DNA from: Patescibacteria group bacterium
Lineage (GTDB): Bacteria > Patescibacteriota > Patescibacteriia > JACRDY01
Assembly (NCBI GenBank): GCA_041653535.1
Contig: JBAZFH010000001.1
Coordinates: 150,175 to 214,174 of the forward strand
Direction of reading: 5' to 3'
Length of the DNA stretch: 64,000 nt
Shown here: one piece after another, positions 49,701 through 58,148 of the stretch
Layout of the letters: the number at the start of each line of letters is the position of its first letter
Numbering within the stretch: the first letter of the stretch is position 1
Translations under genes and position numbers: made by a program
The notes under the pieces: model-generated
The model's input: only the letters and a program-made list of their open reading frames with translations
The model's database searches: none
Told to the model about the DNA's origin: nothing

Positions 49701-50363
49701 CCTTGCGCCAACTTGCAGATTTTAAAAAATAAAGGCGAGGAAGTGGTTCGTGTTGGCGGTATTATCACGACGATGAAGAAAGTATTTACCCGCAGCAACG
49801 ATCCAATGCTTTTTGTTAAAATTGAAGACACTTCTGGCGCTACTGAGCTTATTGTATTTCCCAAGACTCTGCAGACCACCAGTCATATATGGCAGGAAGA
49901 AAAGGCGGTTATTACTGAAGGCAGAATATCAGATAAAGACGGAGAACTTAAAATAGTGGTAAATAAAGCAGCAGAGGTAAGACTTGATATTATTGACAAA
50001 ATAGTGTCAGAGTATAACGGTCCAATAAAAATTAGAGGTAATGGTGGTGGTTATAGTGGTAACGGTAATGGCGGTTATTATAACGGTAATAATAATGGTT
50101 ATACTAATAATAATGCAATTAAGTCATCCAGCCGTATTCCTGACCGCGTAGTGATCAAATTTGATCAGCCGCCTAATCATGCAATGGCTGATAATCTGAA
50201 AGAGATTTTTAGTAAATATCCTGGTGACTATATTGTATATCTTTTGATTAACAATAACGGTAGATGGCAGAGATTAGAAACTCCTTATCGGGTTAATTAT
50301 AATGAAAACTTTCGTGATGAAATAGCACAGATGGTTGGTTGGGGTAATATCAAGTTGGACTAA
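46797..50363 (+). CDS. dnaE: DNA polymerase III alpha subunit DnaE (with C-terminal Gly/Asn-rich low-complexity insertion)
   Basis: PHP domain start FVHLHTHSHYSLLDG, palm motifs (PDIDLDF), OB-fold region, and a GNGGGYSGNGNGGYYNGNNNGY insert near 50038-50110. Confidence 0.95.
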   Translation: MNFVHLHTHSHYSLLDGLAKLDDVIKKAKDNGMTALALTDHGVMYGAIEFYQKCKKAGIKPIIGVEAYLASGGHQNKRSRIDEVNYHLILLAKNQTGYKNLLKLVSIAHLEGFYYKPRIDWELLEKYHEGIIACSACIQGEVPRAILGGDEKKIEETILRYKNLFGPGNFYFELQSNPGIPEQALVNKGLVEWSKKLDVPMIASNDIHYLNKEDDEAHDVLICLQTKRKKEESDRMCMLGDDFSLRTPEEMVHTFADYPEALENTQKIADSCNLEIELGKIKLPRYDLPEGKTAMEYLEELARNGIKKRFGDNNVDSRVEERLRYELEVIGRTGFASYFLIVADFVNWAKDNGIVVGPGRGSAAGSLVSYLINITNIDPIKYDLLFERFLNPERISMPDIDLDFADTRRDEVIRYVENKYGKDHVAQIITFGTMAARVAVRDVGRVLGYPYAFCDKMAKLIPMFSTLDEALEIEPELKKLYDSDPEAKKVIDTAKKMEGVARHSSTHACGVLITPDPLTEYVPIQYSSSGDDVIISQYSLHPVEDLGLLKMDFLGLKNLTILENTINIVEKIHGEKKDLNNLPLEDVKTFELLRRGETTGVFQLESGGMKRYLKQLKPNQLEDIIAMVALYRPGPMEFIPDFIDGKHGRKKVQYLHPKLEPILAGTYGVAVYQEQVLRMARDLAGFTLGEADVLRKAVGKKIASLLQEQREKFVAGCVKNSMDKTTAEKIFDFIEPFARYGFNRAHAACYGMIAYQTAYFKANYPAEFMASLLTSDKDNMDRIAIEIEECSRMGIEVLPPDINESYSTFTAVAASLESDKPRIRFGLNAVKNLGEAIAKAIIHERKANGQYKNFEDLLSRVRSKDLNKKSIESLAKSGALDNLIERNQIIYNIEKILVFIKDVQQEQDSSQASLFAASTIGPKLSLQLERAPESTKKERLTWEKEYLGIYISGHPYKEYELELRDLTTPCANLQILKNKGEEVVRVGGIITTMKKVFTRSNDPMLFVKIEDTSGATELIVFPKTLQTTSHIWQEEKAVITEGRISDKDGELKIVVNKAAEVRLDIIDKIVSEYNGPIKIRGNGGGYSGNGNGGYYNGNNNGYTNNNAIKSSSRIPDRVVIKFDQPPNHAMADNLKEIFSKYPGDYIVYLLINNNGRWQRLETPYRVNYNENFRDEIAQMVGWGNIKLD

Positions 50364-50425
50364 TAAAAGGTTTTGTTGTATAATTTAGGCGGAAACACAA
50401 TATAACTAACTTTTTATTTTTTTGT

Positions 50426-51601
50426 ATGTCAAGAAAGCCGGCTATACCAAAAATTAAAGGAGTAAAAAGTAAAGGACGTGAGTCGTCCGCAGGTCTTTAT
50501 CGTAAGGTGGTGATAAGCTTCGTAGTTTTGACCGCAATATTAATTTTAGTTATTTTATATTTTTCTTTTGTTTCCACGGAAATATCCTTGATTCCTAGGC
50601 CGCAAAAACATGACATTAGTTTTACTGTTGAGGTTATGGAAGGTGAGGACGGATTATTAACGGATCAAATCAACGGCGTATTTTTTGAAAAAGAGGTGAC
50701 TGGAGAAAAAGAATTCATGGCTAGCGGCAGCAAACCAGTTGCTTCCGGAGAAATAGGACGAGTGAAAATTACTAATAATTATCGTCGTTCTCAGCCATTA
50801 GTTGCTACTACCAGATTGCTTTCAGCTGACCAAACGTTGGTAAGGATTAGTAGTCGAGTGGATATTGCGCCGGGAAAATCTGTTGAAGTGGATGTTTACG
50901 CCGACAATCCAAAGATATTAGAAGGTAGGACTATTCCGGCGGGAACAAAATTTACCATTCCCGGATTGCATCCTTCATTACAAGACAAAATTTATGCAGA
51001 AGCGGTTTCCCCGATTGGTTTAGGTGAGAAAAAGGTGTTGATAGTAACCGATGATGATATCGTTCGTGCTAAAGACGAACTTTTAAAACAACTTGAAGCT
51101 CAAAGTTTCGCCGAACTAGGTTTGGATAGTAAAGTAGCAAAGGCGGTTGTATTGGAAGAAAAAGAAAGTGAAATAGATGCCAGAGCTGGTGATGAAAAAG
51201 AAAGATTTAGGGTAAAAGTTAGAGCTTTGGTTCGCGGTGTATTTTTTGATAAAGACAGCCTTTTACGTTTAGCGGAAAATAAATTAAAAAGTGGAGTACC
51301 AATCGAAGAACAATTAATAGGAGTGGATTATGATTCTTTGGTTTATTCAATCGAAAAATTAGATACCAAGGCGAAAGCTGCTTCGATAAAAGTTCAGTTT
51401 TCTGGTACCTCAGTGATTCATCTTAATAGCCCGGTCATTGCTAAAGAAAAACTAAAGGGTATGAATAAAGGACAATTAGAAAATTATCTTTCTGGTCAAA
51501 ATACCATCGAATCTTTTCAGGTAAAGTTTTTTCCTTTTTGGGTAAAAACAGTGCCGCAACTCATGGACCATATCAATATTAGAGTGCAAGAAAACGAATA
51601 A
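50426..51601 (+). CDS. hypothetical membrane-anchored protein
   Basis: Lys-rich N-terminus, one TM (VVISFVVLTAILILVILYF), ~330-aa extracytoplasmic domain. Confidence 0.5.
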   Translation: MSRKPAIPKIKGVKSKGRESSAGLYRKVVISFVVLTAILILVILYFSFVSTEISLIPRPQKHDISFTVEVMEGEDGLLTDQINGVFFEKEVTGEKEFMASGSKPVASGEIGRVKITNNYRRSQPLVATTRLLSADQTLVRISSRVDIAPGKSVEVDVYADNPKILEGRTIPAGTKFTIPGLHPSLQDKIYAEAVSPIGLGEKKVLIVTDDDIVRAKDELLKQLEAQSFAELGLDSKVAKAVVLEEKESEIDARAGDEKERFRVKVRALVRGVFFDKDSLLRLAENKLKSGVPIEEQLIGVDYDSLVYSIEKLDTKAKAASIKVQFSGTSVIHLNSPVIAKEKLKGMNKGQLENYLSGQNTIESFQVKFFPFWVKTVPQLMDHINIRVQENE

Positions 51602-51611
51602 CGTTTAAATG

Positions 51612-51845
51612 TTGACAAAAAAAATATAAGTATTAAAATAAATAAATAAAGGTGATTGGGGTGTCCACCAAACATCCTGCCTATTTTTTGGCATTATAAC
51701 GCTTTAAAGCTATAGCTAAACCTTTAAATAACCAAGTGTTTCGCATTGGAGCGAAAAAATTGGGTGGAACCGCGGGGATAGTAAAAGCCTCGTCCCAAAA
51801 GCATTCGTTGTTAATGAGTGTTTTAGGGATGGGGCTTTTTAGTAG
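51612..51845 (+). promoter_or_regulatory. T-box riboswitch leader of thrS (promoter TTGACA-N17-TAAAAT, T-box sequence, terminator hairpin)
   Basis: The conserved T-box AAUUGGGUGGAACCGCGGG lies at ~51758-51777. The terminator AAAGCCTCGTCCC...GGGATGGGGCTTTTT lies at 51784-51840. Confidence 0.6.
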
Positions 51846-51981
51846 AAAGTTATAAAGTTTAAAGTTCAAAGAAAAATTTAATTGAACTTTATAACTTTTT
51901 ACTTTTGGTTGTTTTAACAACCAATCCCGCCTAGGCGGGATGCCGGCAAAGCCGGCACTTTATAATTATTATTTAAAACCT

Positions 51982-53784
51982 ATGTCGAAACAAGAACAAT
52001 CAATCGATAAAATTCGTCACTCATTATCGCACATCATGGCGATGGCGGTACTAAAAAGTTTTCCCAAGGCCAAAATAGCTATTGGTCCGATGATAGAAAA
52101 TGGTTTCTATTATGATTTTGACGTTGAGGGGTTAAAAGAAGAAATGCTGCCAGAGATTGAATGGGAGATGAAAAAGATTATTAAATCTGGTATTAGTTTT
52201 GAAAAAAGCGAAATGTCTTTTGCTGATGCTAGGCGGTTTTTTGAAAAGCAGCCTTATAAGCTGGAGTTGATTGATGAGCTGGAGAATAATGGTGAGAAAA
52301 ACGTTTCGATTTACAAATCCGGAGATTTTACCGACCTTTGTAAAGGTCCGCACGTTGATTCGGAAAAAGATTTGGCAGGGGTGGCTTTCAAGCTAGATAA
52401 ACTGGCTGGCGCTTATTGGCGGGGGAGCGAAAAAAATAAAATGTTGACCCGTATTTACGCTTTAGCTTTTACTTCTGCTGAAGATCTTAATCATTTTTTA
52501 AATTTACGAGCTGAAGCAGAAAAAAGAGATCATCGTGTTATTGGAAAAGAATACTTCCTTTTTGATCCGGTAGTAGGTCTGGGGTTGGCTATGTGGAAAC
52601 CAAAAGGAGCACTGCTTTGGAGAATAATAGAAGATTTTTGGTATAAGAAGCATTTAGACAGCGGATATGACTTGGTTCGTAGTCCTCATATTGGCAGTCG
52701 TATTTTATGGGAAACATCAGGCCACTGGAATTTTTATAACGATAGTATGTATCCGGTTTTGGAGGTTGGTCGTTCACTGAAAGATTATCAAGATAACGAT
52801 CATGTCGCTGAAAAGAACAAAGAAGAATATTTGTTAAAACCAATGAATTGTCCTTTTCATGTAAAGATTTACAAATCAGAGCCACACTCCTATCGAGATT
52901 TACCTTGTCGTTGGGCTGAATGCGGTACGGTATATAGATATGAAAAATCTGGGGAATTATCCGGGTTGACTCGCGTTCGTGGCTTTACTCAAGACGATGC
53001 TCATATTATATGTCGTAAGGATCAAATTGAAGAAGAGTTGAAAATGGTTGCTATGTTTATTAGGGAATATTTTGAAGCGTTTGGTTTTTATGACTATAAG
53101 GTATATTTGTCGGTTCGCGATCCAAATAATAAAGAAAAATATGCCGGTAATGACGAAGGCTGGAAGTTTACCGAAGAAATCTTGGAAAAAGTTGCTAAAG
53201 ATTTAAAACTTGACTACATCAAAGAAGAGGGTGAGGCGGCTTTTTATGGTCCAAAATTGGATTATAAGATTAAAGATGTTCTTGGTCGTGAATGGCAGTG
53301 TTCAACGTTACAGTTCGATTTTAATTTACCGGAAAGATTCGACATGACCTTTGTTAATTCTGAGGGTAAAGAGGAGAGACCTTATATGTTGCATCGAGCG
53401 TTAATGGGTTCTTTTGAAAGATTTATGGGGTTATTGATTGAGAATTATGCAGGGGCTTTTCCGGTTTGGCTCTCACCGGTACAGATAAAGATCGTTTCGG
53501 TTGGTTCGGCGCACGTTGATTTTTGTGAGCAATTAGCCGGAGAATTTAAAGCACTCGGTATTCGCGTAGAAGTCGATGATCTCAACGAGACCGTCGGTAA
53601 CAAGATTCGTAAGGCTACGGGAGAAAAAGTGCCGTATATGCTAGTGATCGGTGACAAAGAAATAGCTAGTGATAAACTACAGGTTCGTGTTCGCGGACAA
53701 AAAGATGTGGTAGAATACAGTAAAGACGAGTTTAAAAAGATGATTTTGGGCAAAATCGTTACTCGCGATAAAGAATTAAAATAA
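51982..53784 (+). CDS. thrS: threonine--tRNA ligase (lacking N-terminal TGS domain)
   Basis: HSLSHIMAMAV editing-domain motif, class II catalytic core, C-terminal anticodon-binding domain. Starts at MSKQEQ. The in-frame upstream extension overlaps leader hairpins. Confidence 0.9.
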   Translation: MSKQEQSIDKIRHSLSHIMAMAVLKSFPKAKIAIGPMIENGFYYDFDVEGLKEEMLPEIEWEMKKIIKSGISFEKSEMSFADARRFFEKQPYKLELIDELENNGEKNVSIYKSGDFTDLCKGPHVDSEKDLAGVAFKLDKLAGAYWRGSEKNKMLTRIYALAFTSAEDLNHFLNLRAEAEKRDHRVIGKEYFLFDPVVGLGLAMWKPKGALLWRIIEDFWYKKHLDSGYDLVRSPHIGSRILWETSGHWNFYNDSMYPVLEVGRSLKDYQDNDHVAEKNKEEYLLKPMNCPFHVKIYKSEPHSYRDLPCRWAECGTVYRYEKSGELSGLTRVRGFTQDDAHIICRKDQIEEELKMVAMFIREYFEAFGFYDYKVYLSVRDPNNKEKYAGNDEGWKFTEEILEKVAKDLKLDYIKEEGEAAFYGPKLDYKIKDVLGREWQCSTLQFDFNLPERFDMTFVNSEGKEERPYMLHRALMGSFERFMGLLIENYAGAFPVWLSPVQIKIVSVGSAHVDFCEQLAGEFKALGIRVEVDDLNETVGNKIRKATGEKVPYMLVIGDKEIASDKLQVRVRGQKDVVEYSKDEFKKMILGKIVTRDKELK

Positions 53785-53791
53785 TAAAAAT

Positions 53792-54778
53792 ATGACCAAA
53801 GCATTAACATTTTTTCTTTGTTTGTTTTTGGTTTTGAACTTTTTTGTTCCAATCGGGTCTTTTGCCGAGAGTGATGTCAATCAGTCAGATGATTCGGCTA
53901 GTAGTGAAGTAGCGGGTAATGGTAACGTCAACACTGACGCTACTGGTGATCCGCAGGGAAATCCCGCGATAAATGAGTCGACGGGCGAGGAGATTTTAAT
54001 TAATGAATTGTTTGATAGCGGATCGGTAAATGAGCCGGTATCGGGAGAAAAAGAAAAAAAGAAAAAAGAAATTATTCCGGCAAGTTTTGGTTTAGTAAAA
54101 GGAGAGCCGATAGTTTTACCGGGAAATCCTTTATATTTTATTAAAGATGCTTGGCGTAAAGTAAAGATATTTTTTACTTTTGATCAGGTGAAAAAACAAG
54201 ATTTGCGTTTAGAGCAGATGAACGATCGTTTGAGTGAAGTGGAGGAGCTTTTTAACCAGCCGGCTGATCCCAAAAGTCAGCAAGTAATAAAAAAAGCTTT
54301 GGATAAATATCAGAAAGAATCCGAAAAAGTTAAGGCTGGACTAATTAAGGCCAAAGAAGAATTGAAAAAAAATGACCAAGTAAATGAGCTACTTAGCAAA
54401 AATACCAGTGATGAGTTGAGTCGAGAATATATACTAAAAAAATTGGAGGATAAAAGTGGATTACAAGACTCAGTAAAAAATGAGATTCGTAGCGTTATTG
54501 ATGATTCGGCTAACTGGTTAGCTACTTTAGTTTCGTTAATGCAGGATCCAAAAGCCATCGAACAAAGTTTGACCGAGGCAGCGGGGACTGGCAGTGTTGA
54601 ACAACGCGCTTACAATCTGGATACCTTGAAGCAATTAGAGCAAAAGACAGTGTCTAGCACCAAATCTATTATTGAGCAGGTACTAGAAAAAAGTCGTGAG
54701 CAACTAAAAAATGAATTAGAAAAGAGCGATTCGGTTATAAATGATAATTTGATGAACGAGTTTATCAATTCGAAGTAA
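53792..54778 (+). CDS. hypothetical secreted coiled-coil protein
   Basis: Signal peptide LTFFLCLFLVLNFFVPIGSFA. Acidic N-region and K/E-rich helical repeats. Confidence 0.5.
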   Translation: MTKALTFFLCLFLVLNFFVPIGSFAESDVNQSDDSASSEVAGNGNVNTDATGDPQGNPAINESTGEEILINELFDSGSVNEPVSGEKEKKKKEIIPASFGLVKGEPIVLPGNPLYFIKDAWRKVKIFFTFDQVKKQDLRLEQMNDRLSEVEELFNQPADPKSQQVIKKALDKYQKESEKVKAGLIKAKEELKKNDQVNELLSKNTSDELSREYILKKLEDKSGLQDSVKNEIRSVIDDSANWLATLVSLMQDPKAIEQSLTEAAGTGSVEQRAYNLDTLKQLEQKTVSSTKSIIEQVLEKSREQLKNELEKSDSVINDNLMNEFINSK

Positions 54779-54862
54779 TTGGTATGCAGGAAGCAGTATA
54801 CGGTATGCAGGGGCTAAGTATATTTCCTGTATACTGTATACTTATCCCCGTATACCTTACCT

Positions 54863-56173
54863 ATGAAACCTAAATTTTATATAGTCACACTTGGTTGTCA
54901 GATGAATAAAAGCGATTCGGAAAGAATGGCTGGTTTTTTTGAAAAAATAGGATGTGTTGCCACCGATAGTGAAGCTAAGGCCAACATTTTAGTGGTAAAC
55001 ACTTGTTCGGTGAGACGTGCGCCAGTAGATCGCTCTTTTGGCTTTGCGCGTAAATGGAAAAAGTGGCAAAAGAAAAATAGTAAAATATTAACGATTTTAA
55101 CTGGTTGTATTTTGCCGCCGGATCGCAAAGAACTGGAAAGTAAGTACGACGTTGTTGTCGGTATTGGGGAATATAGCAAGGTAAAATTGGCGGTAAAGAA
55201 AAAATACGGTTTGAAAAAAAATAGTATAAAAGGAGAGTACGATGATTATTTAGATATTATGCCGCATCATCATAGTGATTTTTCGGCCTTTGTACCAATA
55301 ATGACGGGCTGTAACAATTTTTGTGCTTATTGCGCGGTGCCATATGTCCGTGGTCGAGAACGCAGTCGGTCTTTACGCGATGTTTTGACCGAAATTAGGC
55401 AGCTGGCTAAAAAAGGATTTTTGGAAATAACTTTGCTGGGACAAAACGTGAATGCTTATCAGCCCAAGGATAAAAAGAATTTTTCCAAAAAAAATCCCTA
55501 TCGTCATAATTTTGCCGCATTACTTTGGGAGATTGATAAGATAAAAGGAGCTGAAAGAATATTTTTTACCGCACCGCACCCCAAAGATATGACTGACGAA
55601 GTGATTGATGCTTTGGCGCTACCAAAAATGGTGAATTATTTGCATTTGCCTTTACAGTCTGGAGACGATCATGTTTTACGTCAGATGAACCGTCACTATA
55701 CGGCAAAATATTATTTAGGCTTGATCAAAAAAATAAACAGGAAGTGTCCAGGCATTGCTCTTGGTACGGACATTATTGTTGGTTTTCCTGGTGAGACAAA
55801 AAAACAATTTTTGAATACTCTCAAGGTTTATCGTCAGGCTGATTTTGACATTGCTTATCCGGCACGATACTCTGCTCGTCCCGGTACGGTGGCGGCAAAG
55901 ATGAAAGATAATGTTTCTCTGACGGAGAAAAAAAGACGTTGGCTGGAGGTGCAAAAATTGATGGAAAAAAATACTTTACAAAAAAATAAAAAATATAAAG
56001 GCAATGTAGTTTCGGTCTTGGTGGACGGTTTTAGTAAAGGTAGATATTGTGGTAATAGTTCGGAGATGAAGAGAGTAGAATTCTCCAGTGACAAAAACCT
56101 GATTGGTAAAATTGTTGATGTAAAAATAGATGAAACGCTTACTTGGATTTTGCGCGGTCATTTAGTAAAATAA
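54863..56173 (+). CDS. miaB: tRNA-2-methylthio-N6-dimethylallyladenosine synthase (radical SAM methylthiotransferase)
   Basis: MTTase N-terminal Cys (TLGCQMN...NTCSV), radical-SAM CNNFCAYC, TRAM C-terminal domain. Confidence 0.9.
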   Translation: MKPKFYIVTLGCQMNKSDSERMAGFFEKIGCVATDSEAKANILVVNTCSVRRAPVDRSFGFARKWKKWQKKNSKILTILTGCILPPDRKELESKYDVVVGIGEYSKVKLAVKKKYGLKKNSIKGEYDDYLDIMPHHHSDFSAFVPIMTGCNNFCAYCAVPYVRGRERSRSLRDVLTEIRQLAKKGFLEITLLGQNVNAYQPKDKKNFSKKNPYRHNFAALLWEIDKIKGAERIFFTAPHPKDMTDEVIDALALPKMVNYLHLPLQSGDDHVLRQMNRHYTAKYYLGLIKKINRKCPGIALGTDIIVGFPGETKKQFLNTLKVYRQADFDIAYPARYSARPGTVAAKMKDNVSLTEKKRRWLEVQKLMEKNTLQKNKKYKGNVVSVLVDGFSKGRYCGNSSEMKRVEFSSDKNLIGKIVDVKIDETLTWILRGHLVK

Positions 56174-56179
56174 TTTTTT

Positions 56180-56326
56180 ATGAATGGCAAAAAGCTAAAA
56201 GCCGAAAAAAGGGAGAAAAAGAGCCTGAAGGCTAAAAAATTTAATAAAAAATCCGGTACACTAGCCGGTCAGGTAAAAAGAATGCAGATTAATAAAAGTT
56301 ATCGTGGAGACGTGAAGAAATTTTGA
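56180..56326 (+). CDS. possible small highly basic protein (48 aa)
   Basis: MNGKKLKAEKREKKSLKAKKFNKKSGTLAGQVKRMQINKSYRGDVKKF. Not in the ORF track (<60 aa). Followed by a perfect 9-bp hairpin at 56338-56361. Confidence 0.25.
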   Translation: MNGKKLKAEKREKKSLKAKKFNKKSGTLAGQVKRMQINKSYRGDVKKF

Positions 56327-56650
56327 TAAAAAGATAAAGGACCTTTGTAATCAAGGTCCTTTGTGGGGGCGCGCGCCAGACCAGATGGGTGAGGCGCGGT
56401 TTGAAGTTTTGTAAAGGGAAGCTTTTGGGACATTAGCTAGATTGATTTCTAGCAAAACACGATTATTGGGATAGAGTGACCGATTCCACACACGGTCTTG
56501 TTGGTGTGAAATGCACTGCCACTTAACCGTTACCCCGCTAAAAGCGTTCCCTCTGAACCTGGTTCGTTGGACAGAGATTCGTCGTTGTCGTTGCAGCGAA
56601 ATACTTCGCCACGTTTATTATAATACAATATTTAATCTTTTTTAGCTAGT

Positions 56651-57583
56651 ATGAATAATGTGGATAAAAAAATAATTGTGGTTTTGGGTCCAACATCATC
56701 TGGAAAAACCAGGATTGGTGTTAAATTAGCCAAAAAATTTAACGGCGAAATAATCTCGGCTGATTCAAGACAAGTGTATAAAGGTATGGATGTGGGAACG
56801 GGGAAGGATTTAAAAGAGTACAGGGTGGTAAGCAGTGGGCACAGGGTGGGAAAAATTACTTACCATCTGATTGACGTGGTTGGTCCTAATACCGAATTTA
56901 ACGTGGCTAAATTTCAAAAATTGGGTTATGCTGCGATTGAAGATATTTTGCAGCGAGGCAAGATACCAATGATTGTTGGCGGGACAGGATTATATATTAG
57001 CGCAATTACAGAAGGTTATGTATTAAGTGAAAGGTCGAAAGTAAAAAGTAAAAAAGTGAGGCGAAGTCTCGAACCATTAACCTTGAAACAACTTTTGGTG
57101 CGATTAAAGAAGATTGACCCTAAGACGTATAAAATTATTGATAAAAAAAATCGACGGCGTGTGCAAAGGGCGTTAGAAATATTTTATGAAACGGGGAAAA
57201 CTAAATCTGAAGTTGAGGGTAAAAATAAACCACCTTATGATTTTTTGAAGATTGGTCTTATTTACCCACGTGAAGTGATCTTTCGGCGAATCGATAAAAG
57301 ACTTGAAGACAGGCTAGAAAAAGAAAATATGATCGGTGAAGTAAGGCGTTTGCATAAAAATGGTGTTAGTTGGAAGCGACTGGAGGCATTCGGTTTGGAA
57401 TATAAATGGCTAGCAAGATATTTGCAAAAGAAAGTTGGCTATCAGGAAATGGTGGCGGGGCTCGCCCAAGAAATAAAAAATTTTTCCAAAAGGCAAATAA
57501 TCTGGTTTAAACGTGATAAAGATATTATTTGGACCAATGATTACGATAAAATTAAAAAAACGGTTAGTGAATTTTTAAATTAA
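56651..57583 (+). CDS. miaA: tRNA dimethylallyltransferase
   Basis: P-loop GPTSSGKT, ISADSRQVYKGMDVGTGK. Confidence 0.9.
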   Translation: MNNVDKKIIVVLGPTSSGKTRIGVKLAKKFNGEIISADSRQVYKGMDVGTGKDLKEYRVVSSGHRVGKITYHLIDVVGPNTEFNVAKFQKLGYAAIEDILQRGKIPMIVGGTGLYISAITEGYVLSERSKVKSKKVRRSLEPLTLKQLLVRLKKIDPKTYKIIDKKNRRRVQRALEIFYETGKTKSEVEGKNKPPYDFLKIGLIYPREVIFRRIDKRLEDRLEKENMIGEVRRLHKNGVSWKRLEAFGLEYKWLARYLQKKVGYQEMVAGLAQEIKNFSKRQIIWFKRDKDIIWTNDYDKIKKTVSEFLN

Positions 57584-57584
57584 A

Positions 57585-58097
57585 ATGAAAAACATAGAAT
57601 TAAAATTAAAGCTCAATGACTTTGCCAGAGTTAAGCGCTCTGCCAGAGCGGCCGGAGTAAAAGAGATTAGTGTTTTATATCAAACTGATACTTATTTTAA
57701 TGTTGCTTCCGGCAGACTAAAATTACGAGAAATAAATGGCAAAGTTTTTGAACTGATAAATTATTTCCGTTCCGATAAGAAGAGCTCAAAACTTTCCAGT
57801 TATGAAATATTTAATCTAAATAAAGACCAGGCGATGTTGTTTAAAAAGGCTTTGTCTAGGATTTTGGGGATAAGGGTGACGGTAAAAAAGAAAAGGAATT
57901 TGTGGCTTCACGAGCACACGAGAATACATTTTGATCAGGTGTCAGGGCTAGGTAAATATCTGGAGCTAGAGACTGTTTTGTGGCAAAGTAATTCTGCTGC
58001 GCAAAAGGAACATAAGAAGGTTATTAAGATGCTTGGTTTGGATAAATATAAAAAAATAGCGGTTTCGTATAACGATTTACTTTTAGGCAAAAAATAG
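57585..58097 (+). CDS. CYTH-domain protein (class IV adenylyl cyclase/triphosphate tunnel metalloenzyme-like)
   Basis: N-terminal ExExK signature (IELKLKL). ~170 aa beta-barrel size. Confidence 0.55.
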   Translation: MKNIELKLKLNDFARVKRSARAAGVKEISVLYQTDTYFNVASGRLKLREINGKVFELINYFRSDKKSSKLSSYEIFNLNKDQAMLFKKALSRILGIRVTVKKKRNLWLHEHTRIHFDQVSGLGKYLELETVLWQSNSAAQKEHKKVIKMLGLDKYKKIAVSYNDLLLGKK

Positions 58098-58098
58098 C

Positions 58099-58140
58099 AA
58101 AAAATAACGCTTCGTCGTTTGGCGAAGCGTTATTTTAGAT
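58099..58140. terminator. bidirectional rho-independent terminator between convergent CYTH gene and gatB
   Basis: AATAACGCTTCG-tcgtttgg-CGAAGCGTTATT is a perfect 12-bp stem flanked by an A-run and a T-run. Confidence 0.7.
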
Positions 58141-58148
58141 TTTAGTTT

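Noticed and set aside
51681-51920. 79-aa minus-strand ORF in the thrS upstream region
   Set aside because: It overlaps the T-box motif, terminator and hairpins of the thrS leader, has no homology, and its codon usage follows the leader structure.
56330-56650. Assignment of the GC-rich spacer to tmRNA, 5S rRNA, SRP RNA or RNase P RNA
   Set aside because: By eye, none of the diagnostic consensus blocks are present on either strand: the tmRNA GGGG...GAUUCGAC / T-loop-CCA end, the 5S loop motifs, the SRP GGAA/AGCAGCC helix 8, or the RNase P GGAAAGUCCGGGC P4. Without a covariance-model search the class cannot be named, so only a generic candidate-ncRNA finding is reported.
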